This document shows, in pieces, positions 54,926-64,000 of a DNA stretch of 64,000 nucleotides; the stretch's first letter is position 1; every line of letters starts with the position of its first letter. Source of the DNA: Arenicellales bacterium. Its GTDB lineage: Bacteria; Pseudomonadota; Gammaproteobacteria; Arenicellales; Poriferihabitantaceae. The stretch is taken from contig OY761989.1 of NCBI GenBank assembly GCA_963665165.1, forward strand, positions 679,976 to 743,975, written 5' to 3'. A program made the position numbers and the translations under genes. The notes beneath the pieces were generated by a model that was not told the origin of the DNA, searched no databases, and saw only the letters and a list, made by a program, of their open reading frames with translations.

Positions 54926-56683
54926 GTGACCGACTCCCGCAAAAATGTGGCCAGCGCCACGCTGTATCGGCGCCTGTTTTCCTATGTGCTTCCCTACAAG
55001 GGGGTGTTTGGCATGGCGCTGTTCGGCATGCTTCTGGTGGCGGCGGGGGATACCGGGTTTGCCTGGGTCCTGCAGCCGCTGATGGACCAGGGGTTTGTGG
55101 GGCGCGACCCCGATTTCATCCGGCTTATTCCGCTGTTGCTGGTGGCGATCGCTCTTGCCCGGGCGATCGGGGATTTTATCGATGTTTACTGTTCCAACTG
55201 GGTGTCGAGGAAGGTGATCCAGGATTTACGGCAGAAAATGTTCGATCAGTTGATCCATGCTCCCACGGAATATTTCGACAAACACTCGAGCGGCGGGCTG
55301 GTATCGCGGTTGACCTACGACGTGGAACAGGTCGCGCGGGCCAGCACGGATGCCTTGCGGGTTTTGTTCCGGGATATTCTGAAAGCGGGATTCCTGTTGT
55401 CCCTGCTGTTCTGGCTGAGCTGGAAATTGTCGTTGATATTTCTTGCCATCTTTCCAGTCACCTTTTTGATCTTCAAAGTCACCAGCGGGCGATTCAGGAA
55501 AATCAGTTTCATTATCCAGGAAAGCGTGGGGGACATTACCGATATTGCCAAACAGGCGTTCCAGGGCCATAAACTGGTCAAGATTTTCAATTCCCAGGAT
55601 TACGAAAAGCGAGCGTTTTTCGCGGCCAACAACCGCCACCGCCAGCAGTCCATGAAAAAAGCGGGGATCCTGGCGGCCACGGTCCCGATCGTCGTTTTCC
55701 TGATGGGCATGGGGGTGGCCCTGATGATCTGGCTGGCTTTGATTCTGGAAATCACTCCGGGGGTATTCACTTCTTACCTGGTGGCCGTAACCATGATCGT
55801 GCGTCCAGTCAGAAATCTGTCCAGGATCAACGAGGTGATACAAACCGGCCTGGCGGGCGTACAATCGGTTTTCCGGACCATCGACCTGTACAAGGAAAAG
55901 GATGAGGGCCGGACTGTCCTTGGCGATATTGACGGCAATGTGTCGTTTTCAGATGTTTCGTTCCATTATCCGGGTGACCGCTCCCGGGTTCTTGAAAATA
56001 TCGACTTTGAAATAAAAGCGGGGTCAACGGTGGCGCTGGCAGGATCGTCCGGCAGCGGAAAATCAACCATTACTTCGATGTTGATGAGATTTTACAGTCC
56101 GACCACAGGCAGTATCCGCATCGACGGCCATCCGGTACAGGATATCCGCCTGCAATCACTCCGGGAAAATATGGCGATGGTCAGCCAGGAGGTGATCCTG
56201 GTTGCAGACACAATCAGAAACAACATTGTGTATGGCGGGGCCGATGACATCGACGAAGACCGGTTGATGATGGCCATCGAGACCGCCCACATCCGGGAAT
56301 TCGCCGATGACCTCCCGGACGGGATCGATACTTTCGTCGGTGAAGAAGGCTCCCGTTTGTCCGGCGGGCAGAGGCAGCGTATCGCCATCGCGCGCGCAAT
56401 CTACAAGGACGCGCCGATCCTGATCCTGGACGAAGCCACCTCTTCCCTGGATTCCCGCTCGGAGAAACATATCCAGGACGCGATCGGACGATTGATCCGC
56501 AACCGAACGACCCTGGTCATTGCCCATCGGCTGAGCACCATCGAGAGCGCAGACCTGATCCTGGTGCTGGGCAAGGGCCGGATCCTGGAACGTGGAAATC
56601 ATGAAACGCTGTTGTCGAAAAAGGGGCATTACTATCATTTGTACAATACCCAGTATCGTCATAACACCGCACATGCTGGATAA
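54926..56683 (+). CDS. msbA: Lipid A export ABC transporter MsbA
   Basis: Six-TM domain plus NBD ('GSSGSGKST', 'LSGGQRQRIAIARA', 'ILILDEATS'). Sits upstream of lpxK. GTG start. Confidence 0.9.
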   Translation: MTDSRKNVASATLYRRLFSYVLPYKGVFGMALFGMLLVAAGDTGFAWVLQPLMDQGFVGRDPDFIRLIPLLLVAIALARAIGDFIDVYCSNWVSRKVIQDLRQKMFDQLIHAPTEYFDKHSSGGLVSRLTYDVEQVARASTDALRVLFRDILKAGFLLSLLFWLSWKLSLIFLAIFPVTFLIFKVTSGRFRKISFIIQESVGDITDIAKQAFQGHKLVKIFNSQDYEKRAFFAANNRHRQQSMKKAGILAATVPIVVFLMGMGVALMIWLALILEITPGVFTSYLVAVTMIVRPVRNLSRINEVIQTGLAGVQSVFRTIDLYKEKDEGRTVLGDIDGNVSFSDVSFHYPGDRSRVLENIDFEIKAGSTVALAGSSGSGKSTITSMLMRFYSPTTGSIRIDGHPVQDIRLQSLRENMAMVSQEVILVADTIRNNIVYGGADDIDEDRLMMAIETAHIREFADDLPDGIDTFVGEEGSRLSGGQRQRIAIARAIYKDAPILILDEATSSLDSRSEKHIQDAIGRLIRNRTTLVIAHRLSTIESADLILVLGKGRILERGNHETLLSKKGHYYHLYNTQYRHNTAHAG

Positions 56684-57683
56684 ACTGCAACGGGGATGGC
56701 GGCAGGCAGACTGGTTGAACTGCCTGCTATTCCCGTTGTCTGTTGTCTACGGACTGTTGATGCTGGCCAGGAGGCACTGTTATCGACTCGGAGTTTTCAG
56801 GAGCATCTCCCTGGCTGTCCCGGTAATCGTGGTCGGCGGGATGACGGTGGGCGGAAGCGGAAAGACACCGGTGGTGTTGTCCCTGGTCCGGTATTTCCAG
56901 GACAAGGGTTTCCGCCCGGGGGTTATCTGCAAGGGTTACAAGGGCCGTTCTCCGTTCTGGCCCAGGGAAGTGAATGATTCAACGACTGCGGCGCTGGTCG
57001 GCGATGAAGCCCAATTGATTTACGAGTTGACCGGGGTCGCGGTGGTAGCGGGTCCGGAACGAGCCAGAAACGGGGTGTACCTGATTGACAAATTCGGTTG
57101 CAATATCCTGCTCAGCGATGATGGATTCCAGCATCACGCCCTGCAACGTGACGTCGATATCGTGGCGCTGGACGGGCAGGACGGATACGGCAACGGCTGG
57201 TGCCTGCCTGCCGGGCCGTTGCGGGAATTTCGCGGACAGGTCAAGCGGGCGGACATCGTGCTGGTGAACGGGGTCAACGAGGAGTTCCGGTTTGCAGGGC
57301 CGCAAGCCAGCCGGATGTCGGTGAGGATATCGGAAGCGTGTAATCTGTCGGACGGTATCCGGAAACCGTTGTCTGAATTTACCGGCGGGCCTGTGCACGG
57401 GGTTGCGGGGGTGGGTAATCCGGTCCGGTTTTTCCGGCAACTGGAGCGACTCGGGGTCGATGTGGTCCGCCATCCTTTCCCGGACCATCATCCATTCGAG
57501 GAATCCGACCTGGATTTCGGCGATGACGCGCCCATTCTCATGACCGAAAAAGATGCGATAAAATGCCGGGATATGGCGATCAGGAACAAACTCTGGGCAA
57601 TTCCCGCGACCACTGAAATCGATCCGTGCGTATTCGACCGGATCGACCGGTTGATTTCTCCCGCAACCGGTCTTTCGAGGTGA
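56673..57683 (+). CDS. lpxK: Tetraacyldisaccharide 4'-kinase
   Basis: 'VIVVGGMTVGGSGKTP' P-loop. ATG 56673 overlaps the msbA end. Confidence 0.85.
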   Translation: MLDKLQRGWRQADWLNCLLFPLSVVYGLLMLARRHCYRLGVFRSISLAVPVIVVGGMTVGGSGKTPVVLSLVRYFQDKGFRPGVICKGYKGRSPFWPREVNDSTTAALVGDEAQLIYELTGVAVVAGPERARNGVYLIDKFGCNILLSDDGFQHHALQRDVDIVALDGQDGYGNGWCLPAGPLREFRGQVKRADIVLVNGVNEEFRFAGPQASRMSVRISEACNLSDGIRKPLSEFTGGPVHGVAGVGNPVRFFRQLERLGVDVVRHPFPDHHPFEESDLDFGDDAPILMTEKDAIKCRDMAIRNKLWAIPATTEIDPCVFDRIDRLISPATGLSR

Positions 57684-57687
57684 GCCG

Positions 57688-58449
57688 TTGTCTGTCCCTT
57701 TTTACATCATCATTCCCGCGCGTTTCCAGTCCAGCCGCCTGCCGGGCAAGCCATTGCTTGAAATTGCAGGCAAATCCATGATCCGGCATGTGGTCGAGAG
57801 ATGCCGGGAAAGCGAGGCCAGCCGTATCGTGGTAGCGACGGATGACCCGCGTATCGTTGAAGCGGTCGAGCGTTTCGGCGGTCAATCGGTGCTTACTTCC
57901 CGTCATCATCCGTCCGGCAGTGACCGCATTGCGGAGGCGTCGCAGAAACTCGGCCTGGCCGCGGACGATCTGATCGTCAATGTCCAGGGGGACGAGTTCG
58001 ATATGCCGGCGGCCCTGATCAACCAGGTTGCCAATGCGCTGGTTCCGGGGGGGGCCGCGGTCATGGCCACGGCCAGCGCCCCCCTGACCGGCGCCGCGGA
58101 AGTGTCCGACCCTTCCGTGGTCAAGGTGGTCAGTGATCGATCAGGGCATGCGATCTACTTCAGCCGGGCGCCCATTCCCTGGGTGCGTGATGAATCCGGT
58201 TCCGGGCTCGCCGGTCACGCGCAGGACCATATCCGGCGGCATCTCGGGATTTACGCGTATTCGGCGGGATATATCCGGACATTCGCGGCCAGGGGGCATT
58301 GCGAGCTTGAGGACCTGGAGAAGCTGGAGCAACTGCGCGCGATCTGGCATGGGGAAAAAATCCGCTGTGTCGAGGCGGTACAGATTCCCGGCCCGGGAAT
58401 TGACACCGAACAGGATTTGCTAAGGGCCAGGGAGGCATTCGGAACATGA
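57688..58449 (+). CDS. kdsB: 3-deoxy-manno-octulosonate cytidylyltransferase
   Basis: 'IIIPARFQSSRLPGKPL' and 'VNVQGDE'. Confidence 0.9.
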   Translation: MSVPFYIIIPARFQSSRLPGKPLLEIAGKSMIRHVVERCRESEASRIVVATDDPRIVEAVERFGGQSVLTSRHHPSGSDRIAEASQKLGLAADDLIVNVQGDEFDMPAALINQVANALVPGGAAVMATASAPLTGAAEVSDPSVVKVVSDRSGHAIYFSRAPIPWVRDESGSGLAGHAQDHIRRHLGIYAYSAGYIRTFAARGHCELEDLEKLEQLRAIWHGEKIRCVEAVQIPGPGIDTEQDLLRAREAFGT

Positions 58450-58498
58450 GGCAAAACCGCGCTTGCGGGGCATCCCGTCCATTTTCAGGCACTGCGGC

Positions 58499-59605
58499 AT
58501 GAAAGCCATGATTCTGGCGGCGGGGAAGGGATTCCGACTGCGGCCGCTTACTTACGAAATGCCCAAACCGATGATTCCGGTACTGGGGAAGCCGGTCATG
58601 GAGTACCTGGTCGAGCGGTTTGCGAGCCATAGATTCCTCGATGTGATGATTAACGTCAGCCACCAGTCGGAAGTCATTGAAACCTATTTTACGGATGGAC
58701 GGCGCTGGGGGGTGAACATCGGATATTCCTTCGAAGGATACATGGAAGGTGGCGAACTGATCCGGGAGCCGCTGGGGTCAGCGGGAGGGATCCGGCGAAT
58801 ACAGGACTTTGGCGGATACTTCGATGATACTTTCGTGGTGATCTGCGGAGACCTGATCATCGACCTGGACCTGACCGAAGCCGTTCGCAAACACTGGCAA
58901 TCCGGGGCCAAGGCCAGCATCCTGGTCAAGCCGGTGGAAAGGGAGAGGTTGTCGAATTACGGTGTTGTCGTGGCCGATGCCCTGGGGCGGGTGACTTCTT
59001 TCCAGGAAAAGCCCGCGATCAGGGAGGCCGGTTCCAATCTGGTCAATACCGGGATTTATATTTTTGAGCCGGAGATCATCGACCTGATTCCGGCTGACAC
59101 ATTTTATGATATCGGCATGGACCTGTTGCCGAACCTGATTGCGCAGGGCGTACCGTTCGGCGCAATCGATATGCCGTTCCGCTGGCTGGACATCGGGCGA
59201 TTGAGTGATTACTGGCGGGTGAATCAACAGATGATGCGTGGTTCGGTGCGCGGTATCGACATGCCGGGGACGGAGGTGATGCCGCAAGTCTGGACGGGTT
59301 TGAACGTGAACATCGACTGGGATGAAGTTTTTATCGAGGGGCCGGTTTTTATCGGCTCGAATTCCAGAATCGAGGCTGGTTGCGAAATCCAGGGGCCTGC
59401 CTGGATATCTCACGGCTGTTATCTGCAGGAGCGGGCTAAAATCCATAGAAGCATGTTGTTTCAGCACACTCTGATACGCCGCCGGGCCGTGGTTCATGAG
59501 GCCGTAGTGTTCGGACGCTATTGCGTGGACAAGGAGGGACAGCCGGTAACAGGCAGCGGCGCGGATCTGGACTGGGTGGGAGATGCGCGGGACAAGAACC
59601 GGTAA
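58499..59605 (+). CDS. Sugar-phosphate nucleotidyltransferase with C-terminal left-handed beta-helix domain
   Basis: 'MKAMILAAGKGFRLRPLTYEMPKPMIPV' (G-x-G-x-R-L). Start set at ATG 58499. Confidence 0.75.
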   Translation: MKAMILAAGKGFRLRPLTYEMPKPMIPVLGKPVMEYLVERFASHRFLDVMINVSHQSEVIETYFTDGRRWGVNIGYSFEGYMEGGELIREPLGSAGGIRRIQDFGGYFDDTFVVICGDLIIDLDLTEAVRKHWQSGAKASILVKPVERERLSNYGVVVADALGRVTSFQEKPAIREAGSNLVNTGIYIFEPEIIDLIPADTFYDIGMDLLPNLIAQGVPFGAIDMPFRWLDIGRLSDYWRVNQQMMRGSVRGIDMPGTEVMPQVWTGLNVNIDWDEVFIEGPVFIGSNSRIEAGCEIQGPAWISHGCYLQERAKIHRSMLFQHTLIRRRAVVHEAVVFGRYCVDKEGQPVTGSGADLDWVGDARDKNR

Positions 59606-59684
59606 ATCAGGCTGTGAAACACCATTCGATTTGCTATACAATCGCGGCTTCGAAAATCTGCGCCACACATATATCCCTGATCCA

Positions 59685-60029
59685 ATGCCATTTTACGAAT
59701 ATCAATGCCGTCATTGCGACCACCGGCTCGAAGTGCTTCAGAAAATATCGGATGACCCTCTCCTGTATTGCCCGCAGTGCAACGAAGCCGCTCTCAGGAA
59801 ACTGGTTTCCGCAGCGGCGTTTCGATTGAAGGGCACGGGCTGGTACGAAACGGATTTCAAGGGCAACGGTAAAAAGGAAGAAAAATCCGCTGACGGCAAG
59901 TCACCGGATTCAGGCGGGGACACGCCCGCCGACAAGTCCGGTGAACTCCCGAACAAGGCGGACGGCAAAAAATCCGACAGCGCGAACTCCACCGGCGCAA
60001 AGAGTTCCAGCGCTTCCGCAACGGCATAG
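59685..60029 (+). CDS. FmdB-family zinc-ribbon protein
   Basis: '[33 protein letters not shown]' followed by a low-complexity tail. Start set at ATG 59685. Confidence 0.75.
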   Translation: MPFYEYQCRHCDHRLEVLQKISDDPLLYCPQCNEAALRKLVSAAAFRLKGTGWYETDFKGNGKKEEKSADGKSPDSGGDTPADKSGELPNKADGKKSDSANSTGAKSSSASATA

Positions 60030-60078
60030 TTTTCGCCGTCCCGAAGAACCTCCCTGTACGCTATCGACCGGCTGCGAC

Positions 60079-61854
60079 ATGCGAACCCGCCTGTGTGGAC
60101 AATTGGGTCGGTCGGATATCGGCGAGACGGTTTCAGTCGCCGGCTGGGTGCTGAACCGCCGGGATCACGGAGGGGTAATCTTTATTGATCTGAGGGACCG
60201 TTCCGGCCATGTCCAGGTCGTGGCTGATCCGGATCATCCGGCGCCTTTTGAAATTGCGGACAAGTCCCGGAACGAATTCGTGTTATCGGTTACCGGCCAG
60301 ATTCGCGCGCGGCCCGAGGGCACAGTGAATCCGGACCTGGCCACCGGGGAGATTGAAATCCTGGCCGAACGGATCGACCTGCTCAACCGCTGCGAGCCCC
60401 TGCCATTCCAGCTGGATGAAGAGGATATCGGTGAAGCGACCCGGCTGAAGTACCGGTTTGTCGATTTGCGGCGTCCGTTCATGCAGCATGCCCTGCGTAA
60501 CCGTCACCGGATCATTTCCACCCTGCGGCAATTCCTGGAGCGGCATGAGTTCGTGGAAATCGAAACGCCGGTCCTGACCCGGCCCACTCCCGAAGGAGCC
60601 CGGGATTACCTGGTGCCGAGCCGGACCCATCCGGGGGAATTCTTCTCCCTGCCCCAGTCGCCGCAGCTTTTCAAGCAACTGCTGATGGTCTCCGGGTTCG
60701 AACGTTATTTCCAGATTGCCCGTTGCTTCCGGGATGAAGATCTGCGGGCGGATCGACAGCCTGAATTCACCCAGCTCGATATCGAGGTTTCGTTCATGGA
60801 CGAGAACGGGGTCATGCAGTTGATGGAGCAATTGATCAGGCACTGTTTCAAGGTCGTACTCGATGTCGGGCTGCCGGATCCCCTACCCATCTTAAGCTAT
60901 CATGAGGCGATGTCACGTTACGGGATTGACCGGCCGGATTTGCGGATCGACCTGGAACTGACCGATCTGACCGACTTGATGAAGGAAGTCGAATTCAAGG
61001 TATTTTCCGGGCCGGCCAACGATCCCGAAGGTCGTATTGCGGCATTGCGTGTACCGGGCGGGAGCAGCCTGTCGCGGGCGCAGATTGACCAGTATACTGA
61101 ATTTGTCGGGCAGTACGGCGCCAGGGGGCTGGCCTGGATCAAGATAAACGATGCCGCGGCCGGCCGGGACGGATTGCAGTCGCCGATCCTGAAATTTCTT
61201 CCGGACGAGGCGGTGGCCGGGATCATCGGCCGTACCCGCTCCGAAACCGGCGACCTGGTTTTCTTCGGGGCGGACAAGGCATTGATCGTCAATGCCGCAC
61301 TCGGAGCGCTCCGGGTCAGGCTGGGGCATGACCTGGACCGGGTCGAGCCAGGCTGGAAGCCGGTCTGGGTCGTTGATTTTCCCTTGGTGGGATGGAACCG
61401 GGACGAGAAACGGTGGCAGGCGCTGCACCATCCGTTCACCGCGCCAAAGGATGCCGACCTGTCTGGCAAGGACCCCGGCCAGTTGCTGTCACGCGCATAC
61501 GATATGGTGCTGAATGGCGTCGAAATCGGCGGCGGCTCGATCCGCATCCATCAGTCCGGCCTGCAAAAGGAAATTCTGAATCTGCTGGGCATCGATGACC
61601 GGGAAGCCGGGGAAAAATTCGGTTTCCTGCTGGATGCGCTCAAGTACGGCGCTCCGCCTCATGGCGGCATTGCCTTTGGTATTGACCGGCTGGCGGCGAT
61701 GATGACCGGGGTCGAGTCGATTCGCGAGGTCATCGCCTTTCCGAAAACCCAGAAAGCGTCCTGCCTGTTGACGGAAGCGCCCAATCAGGCGGATGCCGGT
61801 CAGCTTGGCGAACTCGGCCTGAAGATAAAAACCCCCGGACCGGGCACCCGTTGA
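60079..61854 (+). CDS. aspS: Aspartyl-tRNA synthetase
   Basis: '[26 protein letters not shown]', '[18 protein letters not shown]' and 'GGGSIRIH'. Start set at ATG 60079. Confidence 0.95.
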   Translation: MRTRLCGQLGRSDIGETVSVAGWVLNRRDHGGVIFIDLRDRSGHVQVVADPDHPAPFEIADKSRNEFVLSVTGQIRARPEGTVNPDLATGEIEILAERIDLLNRCEPLPFQLDEEDIGEATRLKYRFVDLRRPFMQHALRNRHRIISTLRQFLERHEFVEIETPVLTRPTPEGARDYLVPSRTHPGEFFSLPQSPQLFKQLLMVSGFERYFQIARCFRDEDLRADRQPEFTQLDIEVSFMDENGVMQLMEQLIRHCFKVVLDVGLPDPLPILSYHEAMSRYGIDRPDLRIDLELTDLTDLMKEVEFKVFSGPANDPEGRIAALRVPGGSSLSRAQIDQYTEFVGQYGARGLAWIKINDAAAGRDGLQSPILKFLPDEAVAGIIGRTRSETGDLVFFGADKALIVNAALGALRVRLGHDLDRVEPGWKPVWVVDFPLVGWNRDEKRWQALHHPFTAPKDADLSGKDPGQLLSRAYDMVLNGVEIGGGSIRIHQSGLQKEILNLLGIDDREAGEKFGFLLDALKYGAPPHGGIAFGIDRLAAMMTGVESIREVIAFPKTQKASCLLTEAPNQADAGQLGELGLKIKTPGPGTR

Positions 61855-61872
61855 ATCTCCGTTGAATCCGGT

Positions 61873-62970
61873 TCAGTCCCGAGTCGCGCCGAATTGCCTG
61901 GCCGTCTTCTGGGCCTGTCCAAACCGGTTTGCATAGAGACAATAGACTGGAATGGTTTGCGCCATCATGGCGCGTTTGGCCGGATTGAGCGGCGCTATGC
62001 GGCGGGCCGGTCGGCCTGCCCACATCCAGCCGCTTTCCAGTCGTTGACCGGGCAGGGTTTGGGCGCCCGCCGCGAGCAGGACATCGTCTTCAACCACGGC
62101 GCCGCGGGATAACACGGCGCTGATCCCGATCAGGGAGTTGACGCCGACCGTGCAATCGGTCAGGGACGCATTGTGGCCCACTGTCACATTTTCACCGATC
62201 ACGACATCCTCCTCGTGACAGGCAATGATGGTATTGTCCTGGATGTTGGTTCTCGCTCCGATCATGATTCGCTTGCGGCCGGCGTCCAGGCGGCAACCAT
62301 ACCAGATACTGGCATCGGCTTCGGCGCAAATCTCCCCGGCGAGTTCCGCCGTACATGCGACGAAGAGGTTGTCGCTGGCGGAAGAACCGGCGTCGGATTC
62401 GAAGGACCATTGCCGTTCTGTCCCTGGTTGACCGGCCGTGGACGGAGACGAACGGACATGGGCGTGTTCACGGTCCAGTTCTTCCGGCGAAACCGCCCGG
62501 ACCGGTTTGGCCGGACACCCGGAATACAGCCATCCGCCCTCCAGTGTGGAGCGCGGGTAGACCACCGAAGCGGGCGCCAGAATCGTGCGAGGCTCCACCA
62601 CCGAGCCGTCGAGTACCGTCGTTCCATGTCCAAGAACGCACTGGTCTCCAATCTCACAGGCATGGATCACCGCGTTTTCACCGGCGCTGACGTCATTGCC
62701 GATGATCGCGGGATACAGGTCGTGAAAAATGTGGACCGTGCCGCGGGGGCCGAGGTGGAAGTTGCGTCCGATCCGGACATGATGGCCGTCGGCGCGAATC
62801 ACGGACCGGTCGCCAAGCCAGGCGCCTTCTCCCAGAGACGCCTGCCCGAGTACCGCCGCGCGCTCACCGGCGTACACCGGCTCCGCGGCCAGTTTCGGCC
62901 AGTCCTGATCGTATGGCAGAACCACCGGCGATCTGTTTTCAGTTGGTTTCGGGTTCAGTTGTATTACCAC
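61873..62970 (-). CDS. Tandem (duplicated) gamma-carbonic-anhydrase-like left-handed beta-helix protein
   Basis: 365 aa, about twice the usual length. The two LbH halves are joined by a Ser/Gly-rich linker. The C-half 'IGARTNIQDNTII...VTVGHNASLTDC' is gamma-CA/YrdA-like. GTG start. Confidence 0.7.
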   Translation of the reverse strand: MVIQLNPKPTENRSPVVLPYDQDWPKLAAEPVYAGERAAVLGQASLGEGAWLGDRSVIRADGHHVRIGRNFHLGPRGTVHIFHDLYPAIIGNDVSAGENAVIHACEIGDQCVLGHGTTVLDGSVVEPRTILAPASVVYPRSTLEGGWLYSGCPAKPVRAVSPEELDREHAHVRSSPSTAGQPGTERQWSFESDAGSSASDNLFVACTAELAGEICAEADASIWYGCRLDAGRKRIMIGARTNIQDNTIIACHEEDVVIGENVTVGHNASLTDCTVGVNSLIGISAVLSRGAVVEDDVLLAAGAQTLPGQRLESGWMWAGRPARRIAPLNPAKRAMMAQTIPVYCLYANRFGQAQKTARQFGATRD

Positions 62971-63091
62971 GCAGTTTCAGTTTCCTGGCGTTATCTTACT
63001 TCAACTCCGGGTGATCTCCGCGCATGATTGTGAAATAAATCCGACCATCCATATCGCTGTTTTGATTTGATATTTGCCATTGTTATCTCGC

Positions 63092-63120
63092 TTGTCAACG
63101 CGATACTAATGGCGTAGTAT
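63092..63120 (+). promoter_or_regulatory. Possible sigma-70 promoter of the radical SAM gene
   Basis: TTGTCA-17 nt-TAGTAT, 34 nt upstream of ATG 63154. Confidence 0.35.
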
Positions 63121-63153
63121 TTCCGGAAACAAGGTGCACTATGAAGTTTAGCC

Positions 63154-64000
63154 ATGCCGAACGCCCTGCTGGTGTATCCCGAACATCCCCCCGCCTACTG
63201 GGGGGCGAAGTATGCCCTTGACCTCATCGGCATCAGGGCGGTCTTTCCTCCGCTGGGGCTGCTCACCATCGCGGCCATGTTTCCATCACGCTACGACCTC
63301 CGTGTCGTGGACATGAACGTGACCGCTCTTGAGGACTCTGACCTGGAATGGGCCGATCTGGTTCTTGTTTCCTCCATGATCGTGCAACGAGGCTCGCAGC
63401 CACCGGTCATCGAACGATGCAATCGGGCGGACGTTCCCGTAGTGGCTGGCGGACCTTATCCCACCTCGTACCATGAGGAGATCGAGGGAGTCGATCACTT
63501 CGTGCTCGGCGAGGCGGAGGAGACCTTCCATCAATTCCTGCGGGATCTGGAGAACGGCAACGCCAACCCCATCTACCATGAGCCGCGCAAGCCGGACATC
63601 ACCCGGACGCCGGTGCCCCGGTTCGACCTCATCAATACGAAGAATTACCATTCGATGTGCGTGCAGTTCTCACGGGGATGCCCATTCGACTGCGAATTCT
63701 GCGACATCACCAAGCTCTTTGGCCGCGTGCCGCGCACAAAGTCCCCTGAGCAGATGGTGAACGAGTTCGAGTCCCTGTATCGACTGGGCTGGCGAGGCCC
63801 CGTCTTCCTGGTGGACGACAACTTCATCGGCAACAAGCGGGATGCGATGCAGCTGTTGCCGGTACTCGGTGAGTGGCAGAAGACCCACCGCTATCCGTTC
63901 ACCTTGTTCACCGAAGCGACCGTAAATCTCGCTCGGATGGACAAGCTGATGGACGCGATGATCGAAGCCGGCTTCGATTCCGTGTTTCTGGGCATTGAAA
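63154..64000 (+). CDS. B12-binding-domain radical SAM protein (5' part; runs off the window)
   Basis: Not in the ORF track because it has no stop. Read by eye, with TGA 63142-63144 in-frame upstream. 'LLVYPEHPPAYWG...FPPLGLLTIAAM' is the B12-binding N-domain. Radical SAM motif 'SRGCPFDCEFC'. Confidence 0.8.
   Translation, partial: MPNALLVYPEHPPAYWGAKYALDLIGIRAVFPPLGLLTIAAMFPSRYDLRVVDMNVTALEDSDLEWADLVLVSSMIVQRGSQPPVIERCNRADVPVVAGGPYPTSYHEEIEGVDHFVLGEAEETFHQFLRDLENGNANPIYHEPRKPDITRTPVPRFDLINTKNYHSMCVQFSRGCPFDCEFCDITKLFGRVPRTKSPEQMVNEFESLYRLGWRGPVFLVDDNFIGNKRDAMQLLPVLGEWQKTHRYPFTLFTEATVNLARMDKLMDAMIEAGFDSVFLGIE

Overview
This is a moderately GC-rich window with gammaproteobacterial-type gene order. 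The core blocks are tig-clpP-clpX behind a tRNA Pro-Arg-His-Leu operon, htpG, msbA-lpxK-kdsB, aspS, bolA, nadE, and a cysI-DUF934-rhodanese-metZ sulfur-assimilation operon. These alternate with accessory segments. All family calls rest on motifs read by eye and recalled reference sequences, since no searches were run. The main observations are:

1. The tRNA-Arg(UCU) gene is split by a 322-nt ORF-less insert that carries group I intron core elements.
2. A co-directional operon (27.8-36.2 kb) combines a phosphoethanolamine-N-methyltransferase-like enzyme, two choline-kinase-family kinases, a class II aldolase and a betaine-type ABC importer with no ATPase gene. A truncated antiporter gene lies at its right edge.
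3. A small ORF with four consecutive Cys codons, overlapping an 11-bp long-range stem, sits just upstream of the sulfite reductase operon.
4. A 2.9-kb decayed integrative element sits in the 5' end of an EF-G paralog. It is flanked by perfect 153-bp direct repeats and carries an intact, translationally coupled pair of predicted nucleases.
5. There is a methylated-amine theme: an MttB-family methyltransferase, a homocysteine S-methyltransferase, a TAXI-TRAP transporter, a creatinase and an AGAT-family amidinotransferase.
6. Gene remnants are unusually dense: higB, an HNH restriction enzyme, an amine oxidase, an integrase, DUF4411, an antiporter and a Tat-signal fragment.

No CRISPR array, rRNA or intact transposase was seen.
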